NCBI GenBank assembly: GCA_015233675.1
Contig: JADFXH010000012.1
Location: 1-57,711, forward strand
Direction: 5' to 3'
Source: Candidatus Omnitrophota bacterium
Lineage (GTDB): Bacteria; Omnitrophota; Gorgyraeia; Zapsychrales; Fredricksoniimonadaceae
DNA: 57,711 nt
The position numbers and the translations under genes are program-made. Numbering within the stretch: the stretch's first letter is position 1; the number at the start of each line of letters is the position of its first letter. Under the pieces are notes generated by a model. That model did not search any database. It was not told the DNA's origin and was given only the letters and a program-made list of their open reading frames with translations. Of this stretch, positions 56,506 through 57,711 are shown one piece after another.

Positions 56506-57150
56506 ATGTTTAAACTAACCGGAAAAATAAATGTTGCGCTGGGTGCAGTTGCTATTGCAGGAATTTTTGTTTTGTTTTTAACTGCTTTGTCTCAAGCGGG
56601 AGAGAAGCCGGCTTCAGCTGGGCAGAAAGCGTTTGAGAAATTTTATGTTTACAAGGACAAACCATCTCTTAACCATTTTGCCGCTTCCGGCTTTATGCCG
56701 GATGGGAGATGTGTTTCGATCAATGATGTGTGGGTTGATAATTGCAATGGAAATAGAAGCTGTATTCAAGCTCAATTTGACAGAGATTGTGCGGCTATTG
56801 GTACAGGTTGGGCAGGAGTTTATTGGCTGGAGCCTTCTAATAATTGGGGGGATGTAAAAGGCGGTTTTAATTTAACCGGCGCCAAAAAGCTGGTTTTTTG
56901 GGCCAGGGGAGATAAGGGAGGAGAGGTCGTTACCTTCAAAATGGGAGGCATTGGGATGGGGCATTCCTATCCGGATTCAGACAGCGCTTCAAGCGAGCCA
57001 ATCGTTCTTACAAATAATTGGAAAGAATATTCCATTGATCTTACGGGCAAGGATTTGTCCCATATTATAGGCGGGTTTGCCTGGGTTGGCACAGCAAAAG
57101 AAAATCAGTCTAACATTACGTTTTATTTGGCCAATATTTATTACAATTAA
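56506..57150 (+). CDS. Secreted beta-sandwich (galactose-binding-like/CBM-like) protein
   Basis: Signal peptide; GWAGVYW...NWG...NLTGAKKLVFWARG...WKEYSIDL. Confidence 0.6.
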   Translation: MFKLTGKINVALGAVAIAGIFVLFLTALSQAGEKPASAGQKAFEKFYVYKDKPSLNHFAASGFMPDGRCVSINDVWVDNCNGNRSCIQAQFDRDCAAIGTGWAGVYWLEPSNNWGDVKGGFNLTGAKKLVFWARGDKGGEVVTFKMGGIGMGHSYPDSDSASSEPIVLTNNWKEYSIDLTGKDLSHIIGGFAWVGTAKENQSNITFYLANIYYN

Positions 57151-57171
57151 CCCTATGCAATACTTTGTGCT

Positions 57172-57567
57172 ATGAATATAGAAGTCTTTTCATTATGTGA
57201 TGCCGCAACGGTTGATATAGGCGGAAAATTAAATGTACTAGGCGCATTTGATACAATCTGGACGGCCAATATCCCTGTGCTATATCCTCAATGCGCGATC
57301 GCTTTTAGGGTCAGGTTCGAGAATATTGAACAGGGAGAACACAGGGTCACTGTAAATTTTGTTGATTTGGATGGTAAGCATATTCTACCAGGCGCAAACG
57401 GCACAATTAAGATTGCTTTTCCTGATGAACAAAGGTCGGGGTCAGCAAATTTGGTTTTTAACATTCAAATGTTAAAATTAGAAAATTACGGAGAATATTC
57501 GATTGATCTGGCTGTTGATAGCAGGAAGGAGGCGTCGTTACCGCTTTTTGTAAGGGAAAGGAAATAG
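57172..57567 (+). CDS. Conserved hypothetical protein (DUF6941-like)
   Basis: LCDAA...GKLNVLGAFDTI...GEYSIDL. Confidence 0.6.
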   Translation: MNIEVFSLCDAATVDIGGKLNVLGAFDTIWTANIPVLYPQCAIAFRVRFENIEQGEHRVTVNFVDLDGKHILPGANGTIKIAFPDEQRSGSANLVFNIQMLKLENYGEYSIDLAVDSRKEASLPLFVRERK

Positions 57568-57569
57568 GA

Positions 57570-57711
57570 ATGAGGCGGGTAGCTCATTCGAAAAACACCC
57601 GTACACATTTATATTTCTTATTATTTCTTGCCGTTTTTGGACTCTCTTTTTACATCCAGGTTGCTTTTTTATCCCCCCAAAGCATGTGGCCGGATGAGGC
57701 CCTGTATGGGT
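57570..57711 (+). CDS. Start of an ArnT/GT39-like glycosyltransferase (truncated by the window end)
   Basis: TM helix followed by SMWPDEALYG. Confidence 0.6.
   Translation, partial: MRRVAHSKNTRTHLYFLLFLAVFGLSFYIQVAFLSPQSMWPDEALYG

Overview
Bacterial chromosomal window. Gene style, PilZ genes and a large modular secreted protein suggest Candidatus Omnitrophota, but this is inference and needs a marker-gene check. From 5' to 3': gmk-rpoZ-coaC, tRNA-Cys/Leu/Val, thrS-infC-rpmI-rplT-pheS-pheT with two long stem-loops inserted between pheS and pheT, an antisense ~820-aa modular secreted protein, 6S RNA-rarA-ygfA-rny-ymdB, a GGA-rich tandem repeat before two PilZ genes, gltX, and tRNA-Gln(CUG). 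The tRNA-Gln 3' end carries two tandem integrated islands. Island A (~7.4 kb) has a large serine recombinase, a tyrosine recombinase and cargo. Island B (~1.95 kb) is degraded but keeps an intact ParE-type toxin-antitoxin pair. Next come a GT-C glycosyltransferase and a sulfur amino acid operon (yezD-like, outer-membrane barrel, metY, cysK, HPr-like; convergent Rrf2), then a LacI-controlled glycoside hydrolase locus, two adjacent broken genes, ECF sigma/anti-sigma/Spy, dedA, sucCD, mrp, SPFH, DRTGG protein, nuoA-I and three further genes. The strongest candidates for undescribed biology are three. (1) The sulfur operon has a hidden 29-codon Met/Cys-rich leader peptide with terminator/antiterminator elements. 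(2) Three small proteins at the same locus (HPr-like, YezD-like, Rrf2) end in CysE/CymR-like CysK-docking tails (-DGGGI, -EGGGGI, -TYSI). (3) The serine recombinase has its att site inside its own 3' end, so integration and excision would swap its C-terminal tail. No CRISPR array or rRNA was seen.
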